Origin: a virus | Virus record (IMG/VR): IMGVR_UViG_3300025141_016157 | Span: 1 to 64,000 of that record | Length of the DNA: 64,000 bases | Reading direction: 5' to 3' (one strand) | Shown here: positions 30,155 through 38,916 of the stretch, one piece after another | Layout of the letters: each line of letters starts with the position of its first letter | Position numbering within the stretch: the stretch's first letter is position 1 | Notes under the pieces: generated by a model | What the model was told of the DNA's origin: nothing | Databases searched by the model: none | What the model saw: the letters and a program-made list of their open reading frames with translations, nothing else | Position numbers and translations under genes: made by a program

Positions 30155-32797
30155 ATGGCTACATTTTCACAATTAAGGCTCGAACAAGTTACGGGATCTA
30201 TTAAAGATCTTACATATTCCGGGTCCAACTCTTCCGCAGCACAGGCTGAAACGCTCGTCGATGCTGACTTAGGCGCAGTCCTTGGACAATTTGCCGGTGC
30301 AATCGGAAGAATTACAGGAAAGACAGGTACTGGTGTTACCTCTTTCACAAACCAGGCTGCGGGTATTTTTTCTACCAACCCAAGCCCTGATTCTGACGGT
30401 GGTCGCAATCTTGGTAGTTCCGGTGCTGAATGGGGAGAATTGCACGTTAACCAAATTGATTCTGCTGCTGCTCTTGACATTAATGTCACGACTGGTCTTA
30501 CAGTAGACGCGACAACAATATCAGTTGATGGTACGGATGATTCAAACATCACAGTTACGGGAGCTGCAAAAGATTTGATTCTTGCAGTTGCCGGTGGTAA
30601 TGCACAAAAACTACAGCTTGATTCTGCTGGTACAGGTACTGATGCTATCGACATTTCGGCTTCTGCTGGTGGTGTTGATGTTGACGCAGCTGGTAAGCTA
30701 GCACTTGACGGTGCTGGTGGTATTGATATTGGTGTCGCAGCTGATGTTGCTATTGATATTGATGCTTCAACTTTCGATCTAGACGCTTCTGGCGCAGTTA
30801 CTGTTGATGGTGCTGGTATTGCCTTAGCTGGTGGTGCTAACGCTTCTAGCTTTAATGTTGCAACTGGCGGTGGTGATGCAAAAGACTTGACAATCTCTGT
30901 CACAGGCGGTGGTGACTCCAGTCTACTTCTCAGCTCTGCTGGTACTGGAGCAGATGCAGTTAGCATTGATGCTTCTGCTGGTTCTGTAGTTATTGCACCA
31001 TCCCTTGCTGATGAGCAAACTTTGAAGCTTGGTAAGGTCGGCGCAGCACAGATGGTATTTACGCCTTCTGCTACTCCTGCAAATGAGAAGATATCACTCA
31101 TCAATACAGCTGGTACAGCTGATGATGCGATCTTAATTGATTCAGTAGCTGGTGGTTTGAAATTATCAGCTGGAGATGATTCACTTCATATTGATGCTGA
31201 CGGTACTGATGCTGATGCATTGAATATAGATTCTGCAGGTGGTATCGATATTGATGCTGCTGGAGCAATTGATATTCTTGGTGGCAGTACACTATCTATA
31301 GACGCTGTTGATGATTCAAATCTTACTGTTACAGGAAATGGCAAAGATTTAACTATTGCAGTTGCCGGTGGTGGCACGCAGCAGCTTATTCTTACATCAG
31401 CTGGTACAGCAGGAGATTCTATAGAAATTGAATCATCAGCTGGCGGTATTGAGATTGAATCAGCTACAACTCTAGACGTTGATGCTGCAGGTCTTGTATC
31501 CATTGATTCAACAGCAGGATCTATGACAGTTGGTGCAGTATTGGCTGATGCTCAAACTCTGAAGCTTGGTAAAAATGGCGCCGTTGAGATGATATTTACA
31601 CCTCACGGTACACCTGCAGATGAGAAGATATCACTCATCAACACGTCCGGTACGGCTGATGAAGCGATCTTAATTGACTCTGTTGCTGGTGGTCTGAAAC
31701 TGGCGGCTGGAGATGATTCACTTCATCTTGATGCAGCTGGTACTGATGCTGATGCATTGAATGTAGACTCTGCTGGTGGTATCGATATCGATGCTGCTGC
31801 TGCTATTGATATTCTCGCTGGCACTACTGTTTCTGTAAAGGGTGCAACATCAGCTACTTTCGGTGATGATACCGGTGTCCTAGTCTTTGACGGATCTGGT
31901 AATGTTTCTGATACTGGAATTGTTAACTTTTCAGTTATAGCGGGCGGAACGATGACAGCAACAGGTGCTGGACTCTCTATGTTCGGTGATGATACTGCAA
32001 CACTTGAGTTCGATGGATCTGGTGCAGTTTCAACAGTTGGTATGACAACACTTGACCTAGACGGATCAGGTGCACTTCAGATCAACTCATCTGGTGGTGC
32101 TATTAGTATTGGTAATGATAATGTTGCACAAAACATAAGTGTCGGTACTGCTGGCGCAAGAACTTTAATCGCACTTGGTAGCTCTGCAGCTACTGAGACT
32201 CAGATTGAAGGAGCTCTTGTAGATGTCAACTGGGGTAACTCAGGGGGACTCTTTGCCGGTGCAGGTCCAGGTGTTCTTGATTCAACATCTTCTGCTGTTA
32301 TCCTATCGGGAGCGCTAGGTGTTGCGCTTTCAGGATCTGGCGGAGTTTCATTCTCATCTGACGGCGGTATGACTTCTGGTCCTACTACAGAGATGAAATT
32401 TGCAACATGGGGCGAGTTTAGCACGTTTAGAAGTAAATCTCTATTTGATGCTAGCACAACAGTTGTGGGAGCCCTAAATGCTCTTGCAGGTGCAGCTTCA
32501 GGCGGTGTAAAAGGACTCGCAGTTCTATCTGGTACAACTGTAGCAACAGCAGCATTCACGCTGAATGATGCACAGCTAACTGATAGGGTTGGTTATGACA
32601 CTGACGGAATTAGCCTTGTAGAGGCATCAGTTTCAAACACTGAAGTCTATGTCAATGGTCAACTTCTAGTATCAGGATCATCAACACTAAATGGTGACTA
32701 CTTTGTCTCATCGGCAGCAAATCCAGGCGTACTTAAGTTTGCCTTCGACTTGCTTCCTAATGATGTAGTTCTAGTAAAGACAACTGCTGATCAATAA
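30155..32797 (+). CDS. Ala/Gly/Asp-rich repetitive fibre-like virion protein
   Basis: Strong AAGGAG RBS, internal beta-repeat units, biased GCT/GGT/GAT codon use, its own terminator. Confidence 0.75.
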   Translation: MATFSQLRLEQVTGSIKDLTYSGSNSSAAQAETLVDADLGAVLGQFAGAIGRITGKTGTGVTSFTNQAAGIFSTNPSPDSDGGRNLGSSGAEWGELHVNQIDSAAALDINVTTGLTVDATTISVDGTDDSNITVTGAAKDLILAVAGGNAQKLQLDSAGTGTDAIDISASAGGVDVDAAGKLALDGAGGIDIGVAADVAIDIDASTFDLDASGAVTVDGAGIALAGGANASSFNVATGGGDAKDLTISVTGGGDSSLLLSSAGTGADAVSIDASAGSVVIAPSLADEQTLKLGKVGAAQMVFTPSATPANEKISLINTAGTADDAILIDSVAGGLKLSAGDDSLHIDADGTDADALNIDSAGGIDIDAAGAIDILGGSTLSIDAVDDSNLTVTGNGKDLTIAVAGGGTQQLILTSAGTAGDSIEIESSAGGIEIESATTLDVDAAGLVSIDSTAGSMTVGAVLADAQTLKLGKNGAVEMIFTPHGTPADEKISLINTSGTADEAILIDSVAGGLKLAAGDDSLHLDAAGTDADALNVDSAGGIDIDAAAAIDILAGTTVSVKGATSATFGDDTGVLVFDGSGNVSDTGIVNFSVIAGGTMTATGAGLSMFGDDTATLEFDGSGAVSTVGMTTLDLDGSGALQINSSGGAISIGNDNVAQNISVGTAGARTLIALGSSAATETQIEGALVDVNWGNSGGLFAGAGPGVLDSTSSAVILSGALGVALSGSGGVSFSSDGGMTSGPTTEMKFATWGEFSTFRSKSLFDASTTVVGALNALAGAASGGVKGLAVLSGTTVATAAFTLNDAQLTDRVGYDTDGISLVEASVSNTEVYVNGQLLVSGSSTLNGDYFVSSAANPGVLKFAFDLLPNDVVLVKTTADQ
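30959..31822 (+). repeat. intragenic direct repeat of about 330 nt, copies offset by 537 nt
   Basis: About 30959-31285 vs 31496-31822; GAGAAGATATCACTCATCAA occurs at both 31085 and 31622. Confidence 0.85.
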
Positions 32798-32826
32798 TAA
32801 ATAAATTTGGAAGTCTAAAGATTTCC

Positions 32827-32861
32827 ACGGGCTCCGATTTACATCGGAGCCCGTTTTTTTT
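32827..32861 (+). terminator. rho-independent terminator
   Basis: 12-bp perfect stem ACGGGCTCCGAT-TTAC-ATCGGAGCCCGT followed by a T-run. Confidence 0.92.
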
Positions 32862-32889
32862 ATAATAGCTGTGTTCAATGGAGTAGAAA

Positions 32890-33324
32890 TTGAGTTTTTT
32901 ATTAAAAATAGATTCTAGAATTAAAGATTTGGAAAATGAGCTTGCGAAAACTAGAAATGCAAGAATTGACAAGTCTTTTCATATCAATTTTGTTTCACAG
33001 AAATTAAACGATCTAATAAGAGATCTGGCAAAGAACAATCCCGAAAATCCTGCACAAACACTGGGTGAAGCACTGACAAAAGTTTCAGATATTATAGGTG
33101 ATTCATTTGATCACATAGAGAGAGTAGAGTCAAATATTTTTGTAACAATTAACGCATACAATAGAATTAAAGATGATTTTATTGCATACGAAAATAAAGA
33201 AAAGCAGTCTGCTCAGCAACCTGATCAAAAAAATAGAGAAATAAGATCAGTGGGAACTAGGCCTGAAAATAAGCTAAAAGAAAGAAAGAAAAAAATAAAA
33301 AAGAAAAGTAAAAAACGTGATTAA
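32890..33324 (+). CDS. hypothetical coiled-coil protein with basic tail
   Basis: GGAG RBS before TTG; Lys-rich C-terminus. Confidence 0.6.
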   Translation: MSFLLKIDSRIKDLENELAKTRNARIDKSFHINFVSQKLNDLIRDLAKNNPENPAQTLGEALTKVSDIIGDSFDHIERVESNIFVTINAYNRIKDDFIAYENKEKQSAQQPDQKNREIRSVGTRPENKLKERKKKIKKKSKKRD

Positions 33325-34171
33325 TTTTAAAAAAACTTTACAAGAGCATAGTGATAAACTAGACAGAAAATTTGTTTTTTTACAAATTGGGTGCAATGAT
33401 GGCAAGATGGCAGACCCTATCTCTGATTTGATTATTGATAATGGTTGGTCTGGCCTTATGGTAGACGCTAATTCATATTATCTTGAGCTTGCTTACAGAC
33501 ACCACAAAGATAAAAATATAATAAATTTTAAAAATAAAGAAATAATGTTTCTAAATACAGGAGTTATACCAATAAGTGATAATAGTGAAGCTCAGTATGT
33601 GGTAAAAAAGTTTTATTCAATAAATCCAAAATCAATTAGACCGGAAATTCATACTAGAAATGGGCAACCATACTTTGTATATGGCGATATAGCTATGGCT
33701 GTAGAGTCATCAAATAATTGTGCTTTCAATGAAAGTGATAACCCGCTAGACTATCTTTGTGGAATAAATAGCTTTGATTATAACACTGTTCTAAGTCATA
33801 TAGAGATTGCATGTAAGAAAGATGATGTCTCTGGTCAAATAGCCAGGCAAATATTTTCTAATGATAAAGATATTTGGCCATCTTTCATAAATATAGACTA
33901 TGTAAGATCAACTGATATAAATAATCTGTTTTTAGCTTTAGAAAGCTCAATTAATAATTCAAGTATTGATCTTTTACAGACTGATCTGGAGTTTTGGGAT
34001 GTGAAAATAATGAATGAAATTGAACAATTTGAAAAAAAGCCAAAATTTATTCATTTTGAAGCGCCGGGTGGGATGGATTCCTCTCTTAGGGATAAGTTTG
34101 ATAGATGCGGATACGACATATTTGTTCCTGAAGATACAGGTGATCAATTTGCAATTCTAAGAAACCCTTAA
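33317..34171 (+). CDS. FkbM-family SAM-dependent methyltransferase (divergent)
   Basis: FLQIGCNDG..DPI......WSGLMVDAN and IDLLQTDLEFWD...KPKFIHFE. Confidence 0.75.
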   Translation: MINFKKTLQEHSDKLDRKFVFLQIGCNDGKMADPISDLIIDNGWSGLMVDANSYYLELAYRHHKDKNIINFKNKEIMFLNTGVIPISDNSEAQYVVKKFYSINPKSIRPEIHTRNGQPYFVYGDIAMAVESSNNCAFNESDNPLDYLCGINSFDYNTVLSHIEIACKKDDVSGQIARQIFSNDKDIWPSFINIDYVRSTDINNLFLALESSINNSSIDLLQTDLEFWDVKIMNEIEQFEKKPKFIHFEAPGGMDSSLRDKFDRCGYDIFVPEDTGDQFAILRNP

Positions 34172-34223
34172 TAAAATATAAGATTAAAAGTTTCAAAGAA
34201 TAAATCGCAATATCTATTTTTAG

Positions 34224-34230
34224 ATATTTA
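34224..34230 (+). promoter_or_regulatory. candidate late promoter ATATTTA
   Basis: 14 nt before ATG 34245. Confidence 0.5.
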
Positions 34231-34244
34231 TCTACAGGGTACAA

Positions 34245-34922
34245 ATGTCATCTCGTAGAAAAAGAGAGATTAAAAGAAAGCTAAGAGTACTAAGGTCAGA
34301 GCATAAGTATTTTAGAACGGCCCTGAGAGATATAAAAGACGATTTTGAGCTATATAAGTCTGAGTGGAATACTGACTTTAACACTCTAGTAAATAAATTT
34401 CAAAAAAGTGACAATTCATGCACTAAAACAGAAAAAATAATCTCACAGATAGACGAAAAACAAGGTGATAATTGTTATAATAGAGATGAAAACAAGGAAA
34501 AAATAAATAAAAACAATGCACCAAAATGGGCAAAGTCTCTTTACAAGAAAATTGCTAGAAAGACTCACCCAGACGTTGCAAGAGAGATCGATGATATTAA
34601 AAGAATGTCCTCTATTTTTCAAGATGCAGCAAAAATTATTGAATCAGCAGATTATGAAAAACTTTTTGATATTGCAATTGATCTTGGTATATCTGTAGAT
34701 TTAAACGAAGAAGAGCTTGTAGTTAGAATGAAAAAAATAGTTGCAATGTTAAGGGAGGAAATATCTAAAATAGAGGATAGCCCTGCATGGGTCTGGGGTG
34801 AATCTTTTGGAATGGATGACATAAGATTAAAAGTTGCAAAGATTTCGCTAGAGTCTATAAGCATATCAGTTGAAGATAAAAAACTTTTAGCATCTATAAA
34901 GGAAATAGAGAGCAATATATAG
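34245..34922 (+). CDS. J-domain-like (HPD) co-chaperone
   Basis: KSLYKKIARKTHPD corresponds to J-domain helix II plus HPD; flanked by coiled coils. Confidence 0.65.
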   Translation: MSSRRKREIKRKLRVLRSEHKYFRTALRDIKDDFELYKSEWNTDFNTLVNKFQKSDNSCTKTEKIISQIDEKQGDNCYNRDENKEKINKNNAPKWAKSLYKKIARKTHPDVAREIDDIKRMSSIFQDAAKIIESADYEKLFDIAIDLGISVDLNEEELVVRMKKIVAMLREEISKIEDSPAWVWGESFGMDDIRLKVAKISLESISISVEDKKLLASIKEIESNI

Positions 34923-34973
34923 CATTTGAAAAAAATGATTAAATGTTTGTTTTAAAGTAATTTTTATATTAGT

Positions 34974-34980
34974 ATAATTA
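34974..34980 (+). promoter_or_regulatory. candidate late promoter ATAATTA
   Basis: 21 nt before GTG 35002, with a GAGG RBS between. Confidence 0.45.
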
Positions 34981-35001
34981 TAATCACACAAGAGGACTAA
35001 A

Positions 35002-36162
35002 GTGTCAGGTATTCTCGATTCAAAGACTAGAATTTTAGATGCAGTAATAACCCAAGAGGGAAAGCGCCAGATAGCAAATGGTGGACTAAGGGCAGTTTAT
35101 GCAACTGTTTCTGATAAGTCATCTTATTATGAATTTAGTGAAGCTAGTGGTTCATCAGATGCATCTAAAAGGATATATTTTGAATCACCAATAGAAGATA
35201 TAAACGATTCAATAATTATGGAATCTGATGATTCAGGAAAGCTACTTGGATATCCTGTGCAGGGCTCAGAGTTTTATAGCACTGACGGGGTTGTAACTGG
35301 AAGATCATCTGTAAGCGGAACACTAACTTATGCTACAACGGGTTCAGTTTCTGGATTTAATAGTCTTGCAGACGGCATAGTAAGCTCATCTATTGAAAGA
35401 TTTAAAAATTTATATACAATAGGGACAAGAGATGCAGGAGAGCCAGATAGCCTGCAGATGAAAATCTATCCATCGTCGTATAGCTTTACAATGAATAACA
35501 AGTATCCTTTTACAAAAGGTCCAACATCAGCAACAAGCAATGTTGACTTTATTGATCCTTTATTTTTTGATGATATGTTAGCAAATGTTGAGAATTTTAA
35601 ATATCTCCCTCCCTTAAAAAACCCGCCAGCGGAAACATCTGGAGATGATACAGATCAGCCAAGAAGCAATATGTTAGGATTGTATACAAAGTTTCAGAGA
35701 CCCGAACCCCTAGATTTACAAAAGATATTAAATCATATGAATATCTTTACAGATCTTTCAGGAAGCACTGCGATGGAAGGAGATCCAGATGCAGTTTATG
35801 ATACAAGCGAAACATCAGATGACAATCCGTATACAAATGAAAATACATCTGGTGACTACGGTGTAAGAGAGTCAGAAAGAGACGGATCTTCTCTAAATCT
35901 ATCTCTAGATCAGCTTCCAAGAGAGAGAGTTTCTGTTTTTTTTGAAACAACATCTAGAACTAACAATCTTATGATGCAAATGTTTGAGCTTGATTCAAGC
36001 TCTTCGAAGTTAAAAAAGCTAGACGTAATAGATTTTGGAAGTGTTTATGATGAAAACGACTCTATCCATCCTGAAAAACAGATATTTTTTGCAGGTAAGA
36101 TATTTATAAACTCAATCGGCTTACCTGCATTTGTCAAATTATTTACAATTATAATGGATTAA
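35002..36162 (+). CDS. virion protein, N-terminally paralogous to 45307
   Basis: MSGILDSKTRILDAVITQEGKRQIANG vs MGFLDHSTNNIILDAVLTDKGRQLLANG. Confidence 0.65.
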   Translation: MSGILDSKTRILDAVITQEGKRQIANGGLRAVYATVSDKSSYYEFSEASGSSDASKRIYFESPIEDINDSIIMESDDSGKLLGYPVQGSEFYSTDGVVTGRSSVSGTLTYATTGSVSGFNSLADGIVSSSIERFKNLYTIGTRDAGEPDSLQMKIYPSSYSFTMNNKYPFTKGPTSATSNVDFIDPLFFDDMLANVENFKYLPPLKNPPAETSGDDTDQPRSNMLGLYTKFQRPEPLDLQKILNHMNIFTDLSGSTAMEGDPDAVYDTSETSDDNPYTNENTSGDYGVRESERDGSSLNLSLDQLPRERVSVFFETTSRTNNLMMQMFELDSSSSKLKKLDVIDFGSVYDENDSIHPEKQIFFAGKIFINSIGLPAFVKLFTIIMD

Positions 36163-36163
36163 A

Positions 36164-38914
36164 ATGGCTCTTAAAATTAAAAAGAAAAATACTAGAATCA
36201 TGTCTGTGTACCATGGCCAGAATTCATTTATATCAAAAATAGGGAAAGAAAGGTTCTACAAGATTAAAAAAAATGACATGGGTGAAGATTATCCATCCGC
36301 AATAGAAAGGGATGTAACTGAGTATAATATATTTTTCAATATTGACATGAGAAAATTGCTCGGGTCTAAAGTTCAATCACTTGATTTTTCAATTCTTAAA
36401 TCCTCTACATTAAAATCTCTGGGAATGTTTGATCTAGCTGGAAACCTAGATCAGGAAAATATTGCAGCATCTCTATACTCATCAACATCAGAAGCTAGAA
36501 GAAGAATTTACCAAGATATTCAAGAAAAAACTATACATACAGGAAAGATAGATCTTACGAAAAAAATAAATGGGGTAAAATTTTCAAAAGATTTTAAAAA
36601 TAGAACAGATGATGAGCTTTTTGGAAAAATAAAAAGAATAAAACTAGTTGATCCAAAATCTTTAGGCAAAAAAGGTCTCAATAAAATAAGACTTGCGCAG
36701 GCAGATACTTCAACATTTGATATAGACAGTATCGACAGTCAAACATCTTTTTCATCTGTATATAAAGATGCAATATGTAACAATATGGATCCTGGTAGTG
36801 CATTTTTTCCTGTAGAGAGCACAATTAGCCTTTTGCCAAAAATAGGCCATACAAATATTGGAAAATTATCAAATTTTTATACAAATAGAAATATAAAAAA
36901 TATTAATACTCTTAGAAGTAAGTTTGAAAATGCATACACGGGTTTAAATACTTCTATTGGTGATGTGATAGAGGGAAAGCCTAAAAGGGTGGGAATAGTT
37001 GTAGAAGAACCGCATAGAATTCAAACAATTAATCACATATTTAAAGTTGATTCTTCTATTATTGATCCTCATGATTCATTTGTAGTTCTAGTTTCTGCTA
37101 GAGATCAATCAACTGGGCTTATAAGTGAAGCATTTGAATTTAGAGTAGCTCATAAAATCAATATTGAAAACTACTATATTCCCGAAGTTTTACCAAATTT
37201 ATCTATAATTAGAGATAAACCACAAAAGGGATATTCAAATATTAACGGAATAATTGATTACGTAGATAGTAAAATAAAAGGTATTGAGATATCTACAAGG
37301 ACTGTAGACGATGATTTTAGTATATCTAATTCATCATTTTCTGATATTACAAGCCTTGAAAGTATTAATGAAATAAAGAATCAAGATTGTTATAAAATTT
37401 CAAATATATCTAGTATAAACATGAGCCAGATGGGGATTGTAAGAATTATTCCTACAACTGTAGCAGATTTAAAAATATTAAATTTTAGCAGTGACTCTGT
37501 TCGAGGGGAAAATTTTAAATATATCAACTCTGGCCTCTATACATCTAACATGAGAGATGGCATTTGCGTAAGATATTTCGTAGATTCAACAAAAGTTTCA
37601 GGTATTGGCATATACAGAAAGCTAAAGCACGAAAAAGAATATTCTCCAATTAGATATGGGACAGAGTCTTCATGGGGACCAGGAGGCTTTAGTGATGCTA
37701 TATACATAGGGAGCCCACCGATTTCTCAAAATGCTAGAAAAGTAGGCAGTCTAAATGTTGTTGACACAATTCCTAGGGCTAATGATGTAATTGACTATAG
37801 ATTAAGACTTTTCCTTAAAAACGGAGGCGACGAATATTCAAAGGCAATATCTACAATTAAGAGAATTGAGCCAGCCAATATTGTAAACGTAAAGCTATCA
37901 GAGCCACAATCCTCTGCTGATATGGATTCTAGATTTATAGTCTCAAAGTTTAATATTGATTTTGAAATGGTTGAGACAAGCGGTGATAAGATATTAAAAA
38001 TACTTAGGGAAATAGGCAATGAAGACATATTTGAGTCTGAAATTGAAATAACTAAATCTTCACTTTCTGATATGTGTGTATTCGCTGTAAGAAGAATAAA
38101 TCTTTTAAATTCTGAATCAACATTTTTAGGATATCATCCGGCAGGAGATTTTGTAGATCGGGGTCCTCTCATTAGCGGCAATGTGTATACTTATTATGTT
38201 ACAGCGCACCTAACAAATGCAGATCAAGTTCAAAAAAGCTTCAATCTTTCAAAGCTTACTAGTAAGAATATAATATCTACAACAAAAGATATAAGATCTC
38301 CAAGCACAATCTCTAGAATTCAAAGCGCACAGTCTGTAGCAGTTCCACCAGATGATCGTGCAATATCAGCTGTAACAGGATTGACTAGCGCCGAAGAGCT
38401 TTCTGAGCTTGAGAAAAGATATGAACTTATAAAGGAAGAAAAGTCATTTTCATATAGATCTTTAATTAGCGGGATGATTTTTTCATCCAATAGAACTTCA
38501 CAGCTATACGATTTCAATAAATACAACACAGGAGATCATGCGTCTGTATCATTGAGGATTGTAAAATCTTCATACAATATTACAGGCAAGAGTGGTGTAA
38601 CACTGACAAGGTCTAATATGGGTGCCCCGGTTATCAGATTTTCAGTTTCACCTGTGGGAAATTCTAGAATGAAAACGCTAGACTGTGTTGTCATTACCTG
38701 CGTTAGAAACGGAAAAGAAATTATTTGCGGTGCATGTCACAATGATGGAACTGGAGATTTTGTATTTATAGATTACGGAAGTAAAAACTATCAAGGTAGT
38801 ATTCAATATTTTGCAACTACTGTGACAACTTCTGGCGTTCTTGGAAATAAAAAAATGATTGCTTCAAATGTTCTTTTAGAGCTTAGACCGAGTAATATAA
38901 AGGTTGGAAATTAA
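36164..38914 (+). CDS. large hypothetical (probably virion) protein
   Basis: 916-aa ORF in the structural operon with FN3-like strand patterns (GIGIYRK; FVD...YTYYVTA). Confidence 0.6.
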   Translation: MALKIKKKNTRIMSVYHGQNSFISKIGKERFYKIKKNDMGEDYPSAIERDVTEYNIFFNIDMRKLLGSKVQSLDFSILKSSTLKSLGMFDLAGNLDQENIAASLYSSTSEARRRIYQDIQEKTIHTGKIDLTKKINGVKFSKDFKNRTDDELFGKIKRIKLVDPKSLGKKGLNKIRLAQADTSTFDIDSIDSQTSFSSVYKDAICNNMDPGSAFFPVESTISLLPKIGHTNIGKLSNFYTNRNIKNINTLRSKFENAYTGLNTSIGDVIEGKPKRVGIVVEEPHRIQTINHIFKVDSSIIDPHDSFVVLVSARDQSTGLISEAFEFRVAHKINIENYYIPEVLPNLSIIRDKPQKGYSNINGIIDYVDSKIKGIEISTRTVDDDFSISNSSFSDITSLESINEIKNQDCYKISNISSINMSQMGIVRIIPTTVADLKILNFSSDSVRGENFKYINSGLYTSNMRDGICVRYFVDSTKVSGIGIYRKLKHEKEYSPIRYGTESSWGPGGFSDAIYIGSPPISQNARKVGSLNVVDTIPRANDVIDYRLRLFLKNGGDEYSKAISTIKRIEPANIVNVKLSEPQSSADMDSRFIVSKFNIDFEMVETSGDKILKILREIGNEDIFESEIEITKSSLSDMCVFAVRRINLLNSESTFLGYHPAGDFVDRGPLISGNVYTYYVTAHLTNADQVQKSFNLSKLTSKNIISTTKDIRSPSTISRIQSAQSVAVPPDDRAISAVTGLTSAEELSELEKRYELIKEEKSFSYRSLISGMIFSSNRTSQLYDFNKYNTGDHASVSLRIVKSSYNITGKSGVTLTRSNMGAPVIRFSVSPVGNSRMKTLDCVVITCVRNGKEIICGACHNDGTGDFVFIDYGSKNYQGSIQYFATTVTTSGVLGNKKMIASNVLLELRPSNIKVGN

Positions 38915-38916
38915 AA

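Noticed and set aside
30133-31104. 323-aa minus-strand Ala/Ser/Pro-rich ORF
   Set aside because: It is the antisense mirror of the GCT/GGT/GAT-rich fibre gene, which gives few stops on the opposite strand.
30959-31822. Diversity-generating retroelement TR/VR pair
   Set aside because: Both copies are in frame in one ORF, the differences are not adenine-specific, and no reverse transcriptase is present.
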